A stretch of DNA of 64,000 nucleotides. It comes from Chrysomallon squamiferum (taxonomy: Eukaryota; Animalia; Mollusca). Shown here piece by piece: positions 13,653 to 27,379 of this stretch (the first letter of the stretch is position 1; each line of letters starts with the position of its first letter). The stretch is from assembly GCA_012295275.1 (NCBI GenBank), contig CM022672.1, positions 8,494,001-8,558,000 of the forward strand, read 5' to 3'. The notes under the pieces are model-generated. The model was not told where the DNA came from, did not search any database, and was given only the letters and a program-made list of their open reading frames with translations. Position numbers and translations under genes: made by a program.

Positions 13653-16462
13653 TTTGTTCTTTTTTATTCATTCATTCCTTTATTTGTGTCTTTTTGTTAA
13701 TTTATTTAGGTAATTATTGATTGATTTATTTTTTCATTCATTCGTTCATTTGATTATTTATTCTCCTATTTTGATCACTCTTTAAGTCTCCGTTAGACAG
13801 TTTATTTTATCTAACACTTTCCTAACTACTGATGAGAACGTGAAATGATGCTGGAGATGACACATGCACACATATCTGTATAGATATATACTGTCATGTG
13901 CATGCACCATCAGTGCAGGATGCAGATGAGAGATGTTAAAGTACTCAAATATCAAATATGCTTTAAGACACATAAAAGACATGCACATAATGCTTATATT
14001 TCTCTATTCAAAAGTTAACAGAATAGAAATTTAGTTCAATATGTTCTCAGCATACTTAACAAAACATTTCTTCTTCTTTTTTTTATATCAAAAATCAAAT
14101 TGCTTTTAACTTAGAAAAAGAAGAAGAACGAAAGAAACAAAAGAAAAGAAAAAGATTCAGGGTTAATTATTAATGAATATTTTAAATGTCTTAATTTAAT
14201 AAGCCCAATGAGTGTGACATTTATGATCTGTTTACCAAATTCTTATTCTGTGTTTGACTGGCTCACAGCTTTTTGATAGCACAAAACAAAAAACTAACTT
14301 CCCAGACTCATGAATAAAACATAAACTTCAAGTTTTTAATATTGACAGTAATTATTAGTCAGTATTATGTGAAAGCCAAATTTACTTGTACATGTATTAA
14401 ATTAATTTAGTTATCTAATTTGAAACTGAACTTTTGGCCCCCCTACAGCCTTAGGGTTGTACAAGAATCAGCAAGTTCTGTAAATATAAATCGTACTTGT
14501 GCACTAACAAGTAACAAAGTAAATTTTCTGTCAAATGTATTGTAACACATATAAATTATTTTAGAGTTTATTTTACCAGAATGTAGTAGTACATACCTGC
14601 TCAAAGTCTGCGACATACTTAGCAGCTGTTTTCTAGTAAATATCAGTTTCTCAGAAAACTGGCGCTCATTTTTCATGTATGCTTTAATTTCACTGGATAC
14701 CTAGGAAATAATAAAGTAACAATAAAATTAAATAAAAAGATAAATAATAATTAAGAAAAAGATAATAAAATAAATAAAAATACTGACATAATAACTAAAA
14801 TTAATAGTGTGAAATCTTGAATTACATCATTTATATTGTAAAATATTAATAATGATGATGATGATGATGATGATGATGATAAAGATGATGATAATAATAA
14901 CAACAATCCATTAAAATACTTCCAGAATATAAAACAAGCCTTTTAACAGTGTTGATATTAAATAAAAAATAAATAAATAAAATTTATGAATGACTTTACC
15001 TTGTTTTTTTCTTTACTTATATAAGAAATGATATATGTAAAAATAAAAAACATTAACATACCTTTGTTAACACAGAAAAGAGAGTTCTCACATTGTCTTT
15101 GACAGGTACAAAGGGATTAAGGAAAAACTCATGTAGGTTTGGGTGTGGCATCAGAACAATCTGAGATATCACGGATGTCAGCAGCAGATTGACTGCATAT
15201 GTCTGAAACAGAATAAATTAGTACATATGAAACAGACAGACAGACAGACACAGACAGACAGTCAGAGAAACAAGATGTATAACCTAGATGAGACAGGCAG
15301 TTAAACAGATGAGAAAGGACACACACAGAAATGAAAAGATATTGATATAGATAGATAGATACTAAGATATCAAATAGTCAGATAAGACAGAGATAGAGTG
15401 ATAGAGAGACAGAGATAATTAGATACAAATAGATAGCTAGATAGATAGATAGATACATAGATCAATAGACAGACAGACAAATAAAGGAAAGAATTTTCAA
15501 GGAAGAGAAAGATAGAAAGATTGAAGAGAAAAAGAAAGATTTAAAAAAATAATAATAAATAAAATAAATATATAATCATAAAACTATTACTGAACATTAC
15601 AAGTTTTAAATAAGATCTTTAAACCAGAATGAATAATTAGGAAATAATAAAAATACTAATAACAAAGTAAATGTTAAAATGATAAAACTATGAAGTGACA
15701 CTATTACAGTGAGTGACATGTGCTGTGACAAGAAGATGAAGTTTTGGTGTAAAGTTACAAACCTGATCAAGTAGCCGTGTCAGTCTGTCAAACAACATTT
15801 TTAGAAAACTTCCTTCATAAAACGTCTTCATGTCGTACTCTGCCAACTGAACAACGTGCTTCGGCCAGTTCCAGTTCTTACACCCCGACTCTACTATAGA
15901 AAACTGAAAACAAAACAAAATAAATAAATAAATAAATAACATATTTTGTAAAACCAGGTTTGATTTAAGGAGAGGTATGACTAAACTTTATCCTCAAACC
16001 TCTCATCACTGTCCTTTCTTCTATTCTTTTTTTTAAATTTAATTTAATTTGTTTAATGTTTATCTCATTTCATGTACAAACATGGTAATACCACAATTAT
16101 GGCATGGCAGAGCAACCCATATCAGTAACATATCAGATATAAATCAGTGACATGGACAAGAATTATTTTTCATTTACATAAAGCATGTTAAGTGCTAATA
16201 TGAAATGTCACTGAATATGTTTATTTTTCACAAATCCTAAGTTAAAGACATTCAGTAGTATTCCCCCTATATGAATGTTAGTTTATTTGTCACAAACTCT
16301 AAGTTAGAGATATTCGCTAATCCTAGTAAATAAACCAGTCACCTGTTTGTTTGCATCTCGCAGGTACATGTCATAGCCACCATCAGCTGTCTGATAGGAA
16401 GATTTTGCTTCTTCAGGCAAAACACTCAGAAAACTTCAAAAAATAACAATAACAATAATAAC

Positions 16463-16517
<55 letters not shown>

Positions 16518-19500
16518 TTGTAACAAAATAGTTTTTAAAAAAACTGCTTGTTTATTTTTTTTCTTTCTTTATTTCTTTAGTTATTCATTTATTTTTGAAA
16601 ATGAATCTAATGGGTAATTGATAACATACACCTAATAGTGCATTCATTCTGCCAACTACAACAATGATAATGAAACTATCATGTGTTTATATCTAACATG
16701 TAACTGAAAATATTATGTTATAAGGAACAAAACAAAAATAATACAAATGTTTTCCAAGATTTTGGTTGTGTTTACACAACCCTATGCACTTTAATTAATT
16801 ATTTTTTCTTCCATTCACTTACTCAAATTAATTAAGATTTCTAAAAGAAGAGAAGCAATCAAAAGAAATTCAAAAAAATAATAGTAACAATAATTTAGAT
16901 TTTTTTTTACCTGTTGACAACTCTGTGAATTTCTGGCTGGAACAGTGGAGAACAAAACAGAACTGAAAAAACCCAAACAAATAATAATAATTAAAAGAAG
17001 TATGTGTGTGTGCATATGTATATGTATATATATATATAAATAAATAGATATATGTATATATAAAATAATTAGATAGATAACCAGTAAAACAGAGCTAGTC
17101 AGGTTATTGAGGTAATGGAATATTGGCAAGAAAAGAAACAGATAAAGAAATAACAATTCCACATTAAAATAAATAAATTAGTTAAATAAAAAAATGAATA
17201 AACAAATAAATGCAAAACTCTCAAAATTTATTTTCAAAATGTCAAATGAAAATTCATTTTCCAAAAATAAACATAATAAACAAAACTGAAATTATTATTT
17301 TAATTTTAATGTTTTTTTTTTTTTTTTTTTTATAAAATAAGTAAGAAACAATTTTCACATTCAGTGAGATAAACAACACATTTTTGCCTCACATGATTAA
17401 AACTCTCCAATTACGTCAGTTCATCCATGTGTCTGTTTCTCTTTCAAAATGCCAATGAACCGAATGACAATTTGTTTGTGTTAAAAGAAACTTTGGGAGT
17501 GAGCAAGTATTTTCGAATGTTGACATTTAAATGATGGCCTCTGTGTTTGATGTAAAATGTAGTTGTGCTAATCTCCAAGGAGAGAAAGTGTGCAGTTATC
17601 GAGACAAAAACAAAGCTGGAAATTGTGTGAGTGGAATGTGAACATTATTAACTTGATGAAACAATTGTTCTGAGAAACAGAGAATAAAAATTCTTAAAAA
17701 TTCTTTTAGAAAAAAGAAGATAGAGAGAGAAAAAAAAAAAGAGAAATAGTTGAAACAAAAGTGAATTTAAAATAAAAAATCAAAGAAACAATTATATCAG
17801 TGGTGAAGTTTCACTCAGATGAACTGAATCATGTAAAATTCTGAACGATGGTTAAAATACAGAAAATCAATTACGTCACCATCTTCCACAAAACATTAAT
17901 TATCTGTTTCAGCTGCAAATTTCCAACTAACAGGTTTAAGACAATGATCTGTTAAATTTCCAAACTTTCAAATATGGTTTTTTTTTTTTACATTTTCTTT
18001 TTTTATTACAAGATATTTCCAAAAAGATAGTCTAATAATCTAACTTTGCAATTCAAATTGATTTTCCAAATAATCAAATATTACAAATGAGGATTAAATA
18101 TTAAATTTCTTACAGAATGATAGACTCACAACATGCAGATTTATGTTATAAGTGAATACTGTAAAAGTTAGTTTTAACTTTATTTTCTTTTTCCTTAAGT
18201 AGTCAGTACATATTTTTACTTTTATTTTTGTATAAATATCTCCTGTTTAATTCTTCCTTTCTTTATACTCATTCCTTCTTTGTATTTCAAGCATGTTTTT
18301 ACAAATATCTCATTAACATTCCCTTTTAGCATGGTCTGTGTACCTCCCTCTCTCTCTTTCTTACACACACACACACACACACACCCCCTCTCCCTCCTTT
18401 CCCACTGGGCTATACTATCATAATAATGTTTTGCAGTTTGTTTTGTTTATTTTACATTATTTAACACTACAGGCCTATTACATCACATGAGTAAACTATT
18501 ACATCAACTCTCACCAAATACATGACATGCACAATCTCTTCATACAGAGTCAATATCATTTATACTAAACTGAGTTTCTACATGCTGCCAGTGTAGAATT
18601 ACTTAAACAACAGTTATTAGATTCTGGAAGCTGGAAGGGAATAAAAAAATAAGAGAAGGAAGTGACAAAAAATTAAATTGTTAGAGTAATAAAGATAGAT
18701 TTTTTTTTGCTGTGTTACGTACAAAAGCTTTCAGCAAGATTTTCACTGATCTGACTGCTGGTGTAGTTCTGATGTGACAGGGGTCTTAACTCTGACACAA
18801 TCTCATCTCGTTAAAGTGATCATACCTGTCCACTTTCTAACTCAATCAATGTTAGCATATCATATGTGCCAGTGGAAATAAATATAAAATACAAAAATAA
18901 AAATAAAAATAAAAAAATAAATAAATAAATACAATACGTACAAATAATAATAATACAAAAAAAAGTAAATAAATAATAAAAAGGTTTTTGTATATGAGAT
19001 ATATACAAACAACATAAATAAGAGTTATAAATATATACAAAAAATATACGCATAGACAGTCGTAGATCTTTACAGCCTGTACATCCACATAATTGACCCA
19101 CATTCAAATTTTTAGATAAATACTTTAAAAGAATAAATAAGTAAAAAGTAAAACAAATACAAAACAAATTTACAAAGAAAAGAGAACTGAGAAATAAAGG
19201 AAATTAGAAGATAAAAAAAAAAAAATAAAAAAACCCCAATGACAACACACACACTGTATGCAGTGAAATGGTTACAGCCACAGAGAACCTGGTTTAAGTG
19301 TCACACGGCTCAAAGTTACAAAATAATCTCATCAGTCTTAGCACTCTGCAGCCACTTCACAACCTGGCAGATGATAAAATCCTCTTCCACTGCTATACCA
19401 CTCTACAAGTCAGGTGCAGATTCTAGGGGGAGTACACAGACACACCCATCTCACCCACTGACTAATTTGAATTTAAAAGCCTGTGTCTCCATCTCTCTTT

Positions 19501-22500
19501 CTAGTCATCCAACCATCCATCTATCCATCCCTCCCTTTCTCCACCCATCCAACAGAACAAAGATTCATCTGTGTTTTTTAAGAACTGTTTCATCCCCAAC
19601 CTGTAAGGAACTGTGGTGTCCACCTGTGTTGTTAACACTCGAACAAGACAAGTTAACTTGTTAAGATGTTTACCTCTACACAGCAAAGGTCCAACTCAAA
19701 GCTATTAGAAAACTAAGTTACTTGACAATGCAACACACTTTTAGAAAGTCACAGTTTTAGGAAAGACAATACCCTTACCTCTTTAGTGAGTGGATAGAAA
19801 CCAAACACAAACCACAACATAATCTTTCATGATTTTTACACATTTCTTCTAATTTTGTTTTTCAGTATTTACTGACATAGGCACATAACTGTAATCTTTG
19901 AATTTAAAGTTTCTCAATAGGTAACAACAAATTTAGGAAAATGGCAGTGTTAGGATGGTAAATAATCAGTATGACTTTGTACACAACATTTAAACAAATC
20001 TGACTTCTGACTTCAATCTCAAAATCACAACAATAATCTTATGACAATAAACAACTGAGTTGTCACATTTCTTGGACCAATGATTGACACTAACACTGAC
20101 ACGGACACACATGCATATATGCATACAATATTATTATATATGTATACAATATAGGTATTGCAGAGAAATGAATAGACCAGTACAGACAATGTTTAGTATG
20201 ATACATATATATGATAATAATGTTGTTACAAACCTGTAGATGATGATGACATCAGTGCTGCTGTTGTTAAGTCTTCCTTTCTGGTCACATCATCATTCTG
20301 CCCAACAGCACTCCCACTAGCTCCTGGCTCTGACTGACTTGTTTGTACACAACTTTGTTTTTCTCAGACTGGTCATCTTTCTCTGTCGAATCAACTGATG
20401 ATGTTCTGATATCCGATGGTGAAATTTTTGAATCAGAAGATGAAACTGTGTCATCAGATACTGCCATTTTAGTATCAGATTTTGACAGTTTGGTATCAGG
20501 TTCTGATGTTGTGCTATCAGATGTTGACAGTTTGGTATCAGGTTCCGTTGTTGTGTTATCAGATGTTGACAGTTTGGAATCAGATGCTGACATTTTGCTG
20601 TCAGACAATGAAATTTCTGCAGCAGACATATTTAATTTGTTGTCCAAGGAAGCGATATCATTTTCTGACTTGTTACTTTTTTCTAATTCTTCTCCAGATG
20701 ACATCTGATGGTGAATTTCTGTTTTTGTATCTTGACCATCGTCCAGTGGTTTACTTGCTGTCACTGCTGAAGGTGTGGCTGACAGTACATTGTGGTTAAC
20801 ATTGGTGTCAGTTAATGATGATGATGTTGACATCATGTCTAAGTATTCAGGATTGAGATAACTGCGACCAAGGAGATTTCTCAGGACCAGGTTGTGTAGA
20901 ATAAACTCATCTTCTTTTTGTAATAGAGTGTCAAACAGCTTCAGTGTAATAACACACACCTGTAAAATATCAGTGTCTGATATATATCTGTACATATAAC
21001 TCAGTATCTGTAACTATATTCATAGCTAACTATCTATATACACATATGTAAGTAAAAGGAGAACATAACAGTATTAATACACTTTTAAAAAATGATTACA
21101 CATACAAATTGTGAAAACACAGCAATTAAGCTGTCAGTATGAGGATTCAAATGTTTGGAGTCAGTTTCTAATATATGCTGCTATCAAGAATTAATCAGGA
21201 AGATGCCACATCGCTGTAAAAAAAATTCTTCTAACTAGTTTTCCACAACAAAACACTAGACAAATGAACGCAGTTAATGGTTTGTCTATGTGAATATAGG
21301 CTTGTTGAAAATGATTGTTTGAGTATATATATATATAATAAAATGAAATAATGAAAGATGACAATGTCAAAAAGTTGATAGAGAGAAAAAAAAGAGGGAG
21401 AGATAGAAAGTGGGGAAGAGAGAAAGAAAGAGGTAAAGAGTGAGAGAAAAAGAGAGAGAGAGAGAGAAAAAACATGGAGTGAGAGAGAGAGAGAGACAGA
21501 GATTGACTGATGGACTCTGCTATACAAAAAGAAATATAACACAATAACAGCAAGCTCTGATGGCACTTTAAAAGCCATACAAAGATGACTAACAAACTAA
21601 TAATGCCACAATTTTCTGCAAACAATGAAGACGAAACAAAATAATGAAGCAACAAAACAATTTGAGTGATTTTGAGACAGGAAAAAAGATTAAAATGGAA
21701 ACAGTGTAAGCCGTAGACACCCCACAGAAGGAAGCATTAAATATCAGTAATGAAACGCTTCTTCTAGGACTCAATGTTGATGAAAACTAAAACGTTCATC
21801 AAATGTCGCTTGCAAAAAGTATAGTGTATGGTGACCTTGAAATTACAGCTTTCCTCCGGATGGCTTTTCTCTGTAATTGACGATGGTTGGACAAGAAAAT
21901 GAGTCTTTTGTCTGTGTGTTAACAACACAGGCTTCATTTGATGATGCACTTCCCCTATACCACCTGCTTCATTTACCCGCCACATTAACTACTGTGATGT
22001 GACTAATTATCCGACACTAACTGTGTGATTAATGTTCTTCAGCATACAGATTTCTTCTAACCCATACAAAACAATAGTGACACCATTCAGAGAACAACAC
22101 AGACAGTGTGATAACATTTAATACATACAATACAGACAATGTGGAGAGAAAACAATATAGACAACGTAACAATGTATGTAACAGAACAGTACCAATGACG
22201 TAAGAATGTGTAGACTATACAGACAATATGAGAATGAGTAAAACAGTACAGTCAATGTGTAAATGTTTAGAACAGTACAGACAGTGAGAAAATCTACAGG
22301 GCCCTACAGACTGTTGAGCAAACCTGAAAATTTAAGAAAAGACAAAGAACACTAGGATTTTTAAATGATATATAAAAAAAATCATCCTTGTCAAAGATGT
22401 GTGCAATTTAATGAATTATATATTAAATATTTGGAATGTTTTTTCCTGGAGTTCAAATATCTGCAGGCAACAGTGTTAGATATTTAATTTGAGAAGAGAT

Positions 22501-23036
22501 AGTTTACTGGATTTATATTCTCCTAATTGCTTGTTCTTTCTAGAGCAGTAAAAATCTAAGCACAGAATAATCTGTTTTCTGTTTTCTGTCAAATGATATT
22601 TTATTTAAAAATTTTTAATGTTCAAGACTGCACAATATCTAAGAAAGAATAATAATAAACACAGTTTTACATAATCTAATAATGATGTGTTATTTTTCTT
22701 TTTTCTTATTCTTCACTTCATTAAGAACATTATTTTTTTTTCATCATTTGGATTACAAAAACCTGTTACATCATTTAAGAAATTATAAAACAATCTTAGA
22801 TCATATATTAAATTATTCTGATCTATTTTGGGTTATCTGATAATTAATCACTTTTTAATCAGCTCCCACTCTTTGACAATTGTTTGCTGACTGATTTCAT
22901 GGAGGTGGATGTAATCAGAGAGTAATTAGAGTTTAGTTGTTAGAAATCACTGTAACACATCAATTACACCAAACTGACAACTGAAAACAACCACCATGTT
23001 CTGAACAATGTATACAGTGTGTGTGTATTTATGTGT

Positions 23037-23078
<42 letters not shown>

Positions 23079-24582
23079 TTGTGTGTGTACATGTGCATGA
23101 ACTTATGTCTCTGTATGTGTGTGTGTGTGTGTGTGTGTGGGCATGTGTGTTTGAGTGAGGGTATTTCTATATGTCTCTGGGTATGTGGGTATGTGTATTA
23201 TTCTAACATTAAACATTACCCCTAATTACAGCAGTCATTAATCATCAAATTTCAAATCACTGCCGTGACAGACAGACATACGTACAATGTCTTGCAGTCA
23301 ACGTTCTCACAAAACATTAATTTATACCTTAAGTGAACTGGACTTGCAAATTAACTATTAATCAAAATGTAATTACACTTGCAAATTCATTAAACCTAAA
23401 GTCACTTTTTTCTTTTTTGCAAAGAGAAAAAAAAAAAAAAAAATGAGAAATTAAAGATCTGTAACTGGACTGACTCAGTAATAAGAAGCTGTACATTAAT
23501 TAAATTGTACCTCAATGTCCCATTTCATATTCCAACCAATGCTCCACATCTGATGTATCCAAGACAGATTTACATTGAAACAACATAAACAATAATACCA
23601 GAGTATACTTATATACTTTCTCATACCATGCACATACTATAATCTTTAATAGATCAGATTTCTAGTATAACATGTTTGTCATAGAAATTATCTTTGACTG
23701 CTTCCAGTAACTGTCAGGTGTTCTGTTTACAAACTGGATCATATCATGTATGTTTTAGGGTGTTGGTGAAGGGTTGTTCTGTATGTAGGAGAGGGTGAAG
23801 AAGATTAAAACAGTTATCATCAAGTTGCTCTTTCTGGAACACAATGAACACATGCCAATCACTGTGTATTTCTCACAGAATGATCAAAGCTGTTACACTG
23901 AAAATCAATTACCACATCTTGAAGTAGCTCTTCAAAACAGACTTTTCAAAATTCCATTTGTCAAACTGACATGCCATCTTACATATGGCTTGCCAAGCAT
24001 TTGCATAGGTCTGGCAGAAGCAGTTCCCAGTGCCAATCAAACAAGCTGCAGTCAGTACTTCAAGTGATTTTCTCTTAGTCTTCATAATGCAAATATTAAG
24101 TATGTACATTACACTTCCTAATGCTCTACAAACATTTTATACAGCATCTTGACTGTGAGATTCTGTGAGAGGCAGAAAAATTCATTGAGAAAAAAAATTC
24201 TATTGAGAAATATTTTAGACAAATCATTCTGATAAATCCTTCAACAGAAAAAATATTCAGAATGGTCACAGCAGGTACAGTCATATGTAGTGTAAAAATT
24301 ATGTAATCAAAAAAATATATATATTTCAATTAAATTGCCTAAATATCAATATCTTTAAATCTAAAAGACAGACATACTTTAAATGTGTCTGGAACTATGT
24401 GCCACAATATAACTGCATTATGATTATCTAGATTAATTGTGTGTGACAACTTAAGTGTATCAATTTAAACATTTAATTTCTCCTAAAAAAATATCTTCTT
24501 TATTATGCAAGAAAAAGGAAAACAAATAAAAACAAACAAACAACAAACAGTAAGAACTCAGACAAAAAAAAAAAATAATAAT

Positions 24583-24613
<31 letters not shown>

Positions 24614-26432
24614 AAGAAAATACAACTATCTCTTGTTTATAGAGAGCTGTTATATTTTGTATGGTGTAAATCTAAATGTGTTGAACATGTAACTGCACTC
24701 AAAATTAGCCTGACTCTGTGTTGTATACTAAGAGAGCAATTACTTGTACTAATGAAGTGTGACAATAAAATAACAAATCTGTGATATTATGTCATACTGT
24801 GAAATGCTGATAGACATGGCTGTTTTCTAAACATTTACTTGGAGTTATTAGTGAAAGAATCAATAGGAATACCGAATATATGTGTTATTTTGTTACTGCT
24901 CTATGGATGCACTTCAGATGAAAGAAATGCCAATCATATTTTTATTGCCAGTGCTGTAAAACATAATTATGCATCATAAACCATTCAAAGATGTACTGAG
25001 TGTTTTCTCCAGTTTTTAACTTTGTTTGTTAAAAGCAATTCTAAATTAATTTACATCTATGAACTATTTCTAGTGATAGATATCTAAATCAGCTATATTT
25101 ATCTCTTTTTTTTTAATTGCTTATTTTACTCAAAATTGTTTGAGTGCTTTATGAGATATCATTATCATTTCTTTCTTTTGAGATAAATGGCAGTTATGAA
25201 TGTCATTTATGTAATCAATCATCAAAATTAATAGAACATGTTGTTTTTGTCACTATTATCAATGTATGTAATACCAGTGTATTAAGCTGTATCTTCATGG
25301 GACATTAATCATTCAGAATGAAGCCGATAATCTCAAACCTTTCCAGTTTGCCAGAGTCTTGAAAATCTCATCTTGTTCTTTAATCACCGAACGAGATAAT
25401 GACAATTAAAATTGATTTGCAAAATATTACATTACAAGATAAGAAGAGGAAACTATTTTCACATCATCGGGTTGTAAATGTGACCATCGACAGAGCCTGG
25501 GTCCATCTTAGCTCGATGTAATCACAGCAAAATTGTTTTATTTTCAGAACATAATCGATAGCCGCTGATCAGAACTGGATCGACAATGAAAGTAAAAATG
25601 ACATAATAAATGCATGGCACACAAATTGTTAATAAAATCTTGACACACACGCAGCGCCACCTCGTTAATCATATCCATCAACGGCGTTGGTGATTTGCAC
25701 ATTTTACAGTGTTTGTCACTTTAAATGGCGTAATGATTATAACAAAGTATTCTACTTCTCACTCTACTCGTGTGTTATTACAGTCCACACACAGTGTAGG
25801 GCAGAGAGGAAAATTACTAAGAAGTAGCAGTAATTAGAGAAAAATTCAATATGTTCATCCACTCTGACTTAATTATCAGTTAACAGTTAACACTATAAGA
25901 ATTGCTGTGATTTCATATCACAACTGGTGAACTACATACTGCAGTTGTTGTTGCTGCTTCTTTTTTTATTTGATATTTCATTTTTATTTCATTTTATACT
26001 CTTTTGTAGTTGTTTGTTTTGGACTTGTTTTATTTGTGTTTGCAATTTTGTGAGTGGTCTGAAGTATGAAATGGATATAAATATGAATAAGAGTTTATTT
26101 AAGAAATATAATAAATGAAACGGAATGAACTGTAACATAACAATAGTAGTAGTAGTAGTAATAATAATAATAAAAATTAATAATATATAAAAGGCAAAAA
26201 AGAAAAAAAGAAATAGAAGAAAGAAGAAAACAATAAAATGGTAATACAAATAAAAAATTAAAGTAAAATAATAACAAAAGAAGAGAAACACAAAGACTAT
26301 TCTGAAATAAAAGAACACCAAAAATATATTCAGTAAATATTTTCTCACCATTTGAAAACTGTTAGAAACAGTAATAGTTTTGCAATTTAAAAAAAAAAAA
26401 AAAAAAATCATTATTCATTATACAAGTGTGTA

Positions 26433-26480
<48 letters not shown>

Positions 26481-27347
26481 GCTGACCTTATGTGACTCAA
26501 AATGAACTTTTTCCACTCTAAACTGAACAAAAAATTCAGTTCTAGACAAAACACAGAATTTCACAAATAGATTAACTAGGAAATTGGAAAAATAAAAAAA
26601 AATAAAAATCCTAAAAACAATATCACATCTTCAAAAAATGTGCCTATATCAAACAATAATGACTGACTTTACATATGCTTGATAGAAGCAGGTCACAAGA
26701 CAAATGATGAGATGATAGTGTTTGATAAGACTGAATAAGCTAAGCTGACCAGCAGACTGAAAATAACAGTGTATGGTGAAACAGGATTAATTCAGTAAGA
26801 GTGTGAGGTAGAAATTACATGGGTGAACTGAATCTGACACAAAACAGATGACAGGAAGATTTCTTGTTATACATCAACATTGTAACCACCCACTGCAAAC
26901 TGCTGCTACACCAGAACTTGTGTGATTCAAAACATGTTTTTATCTAGTAAAAATAAACAGTTTAAATATATTTTGAAATATTTAATGTTACTGTAACAAA
27001 CAAGTGATCAAACTAACAATCTTGATGTCACAACTGAATTTTCCTCTTTAGTTGCAATTTTTTTTATCATAATGGAATCATAATGCAAATTGCAGTGTCC
27101 ACAGAAAAATATTTTACCAAGTGGAATGATATTAACAGATGTGTCATGTTGAATTGTGTTTTACTGTGATCTTTTATTTTTACCAAAGACTGGTAATAAA
27201 TATGTTAGTAATAAATAAAATATCACTTGGTCGCATGAAAAATACTTTTAAGTGATTTATATGTACCAGCAAACATAGTGTTTTACAAGAATCAACAAGA
27301 AAACAAACAAACAAGCAAACAAATAAATAAAAAAATTAAATAAATAA

Positions 27348-27379
<32 letters not shown>

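Noticed and set aside
19239-19664. 141-aa plus-strand ORF nested in FHIP2 intron 11
   Set aside because: No recognisable motif, partly low-complexity (CCAT repeats), and no supporting exon structure.
18826-19694. Possible phase-1 microexons at 19674-19694 (21 nt) and 18826-18840 (15 nt) with good donors
   Set aside because: The in-frame versions need weak GAG acceptors, and the better TAG acceptors give 2-nt and 11-nt exons. Not supportable without RNA data.
20343-20799. Two plus-strand ORFs (121 and 105 aa) overlapping FHIP2 exon 11
   Set aside because: They are antisense shadows of a repetitive coding exon with no independent evidence.
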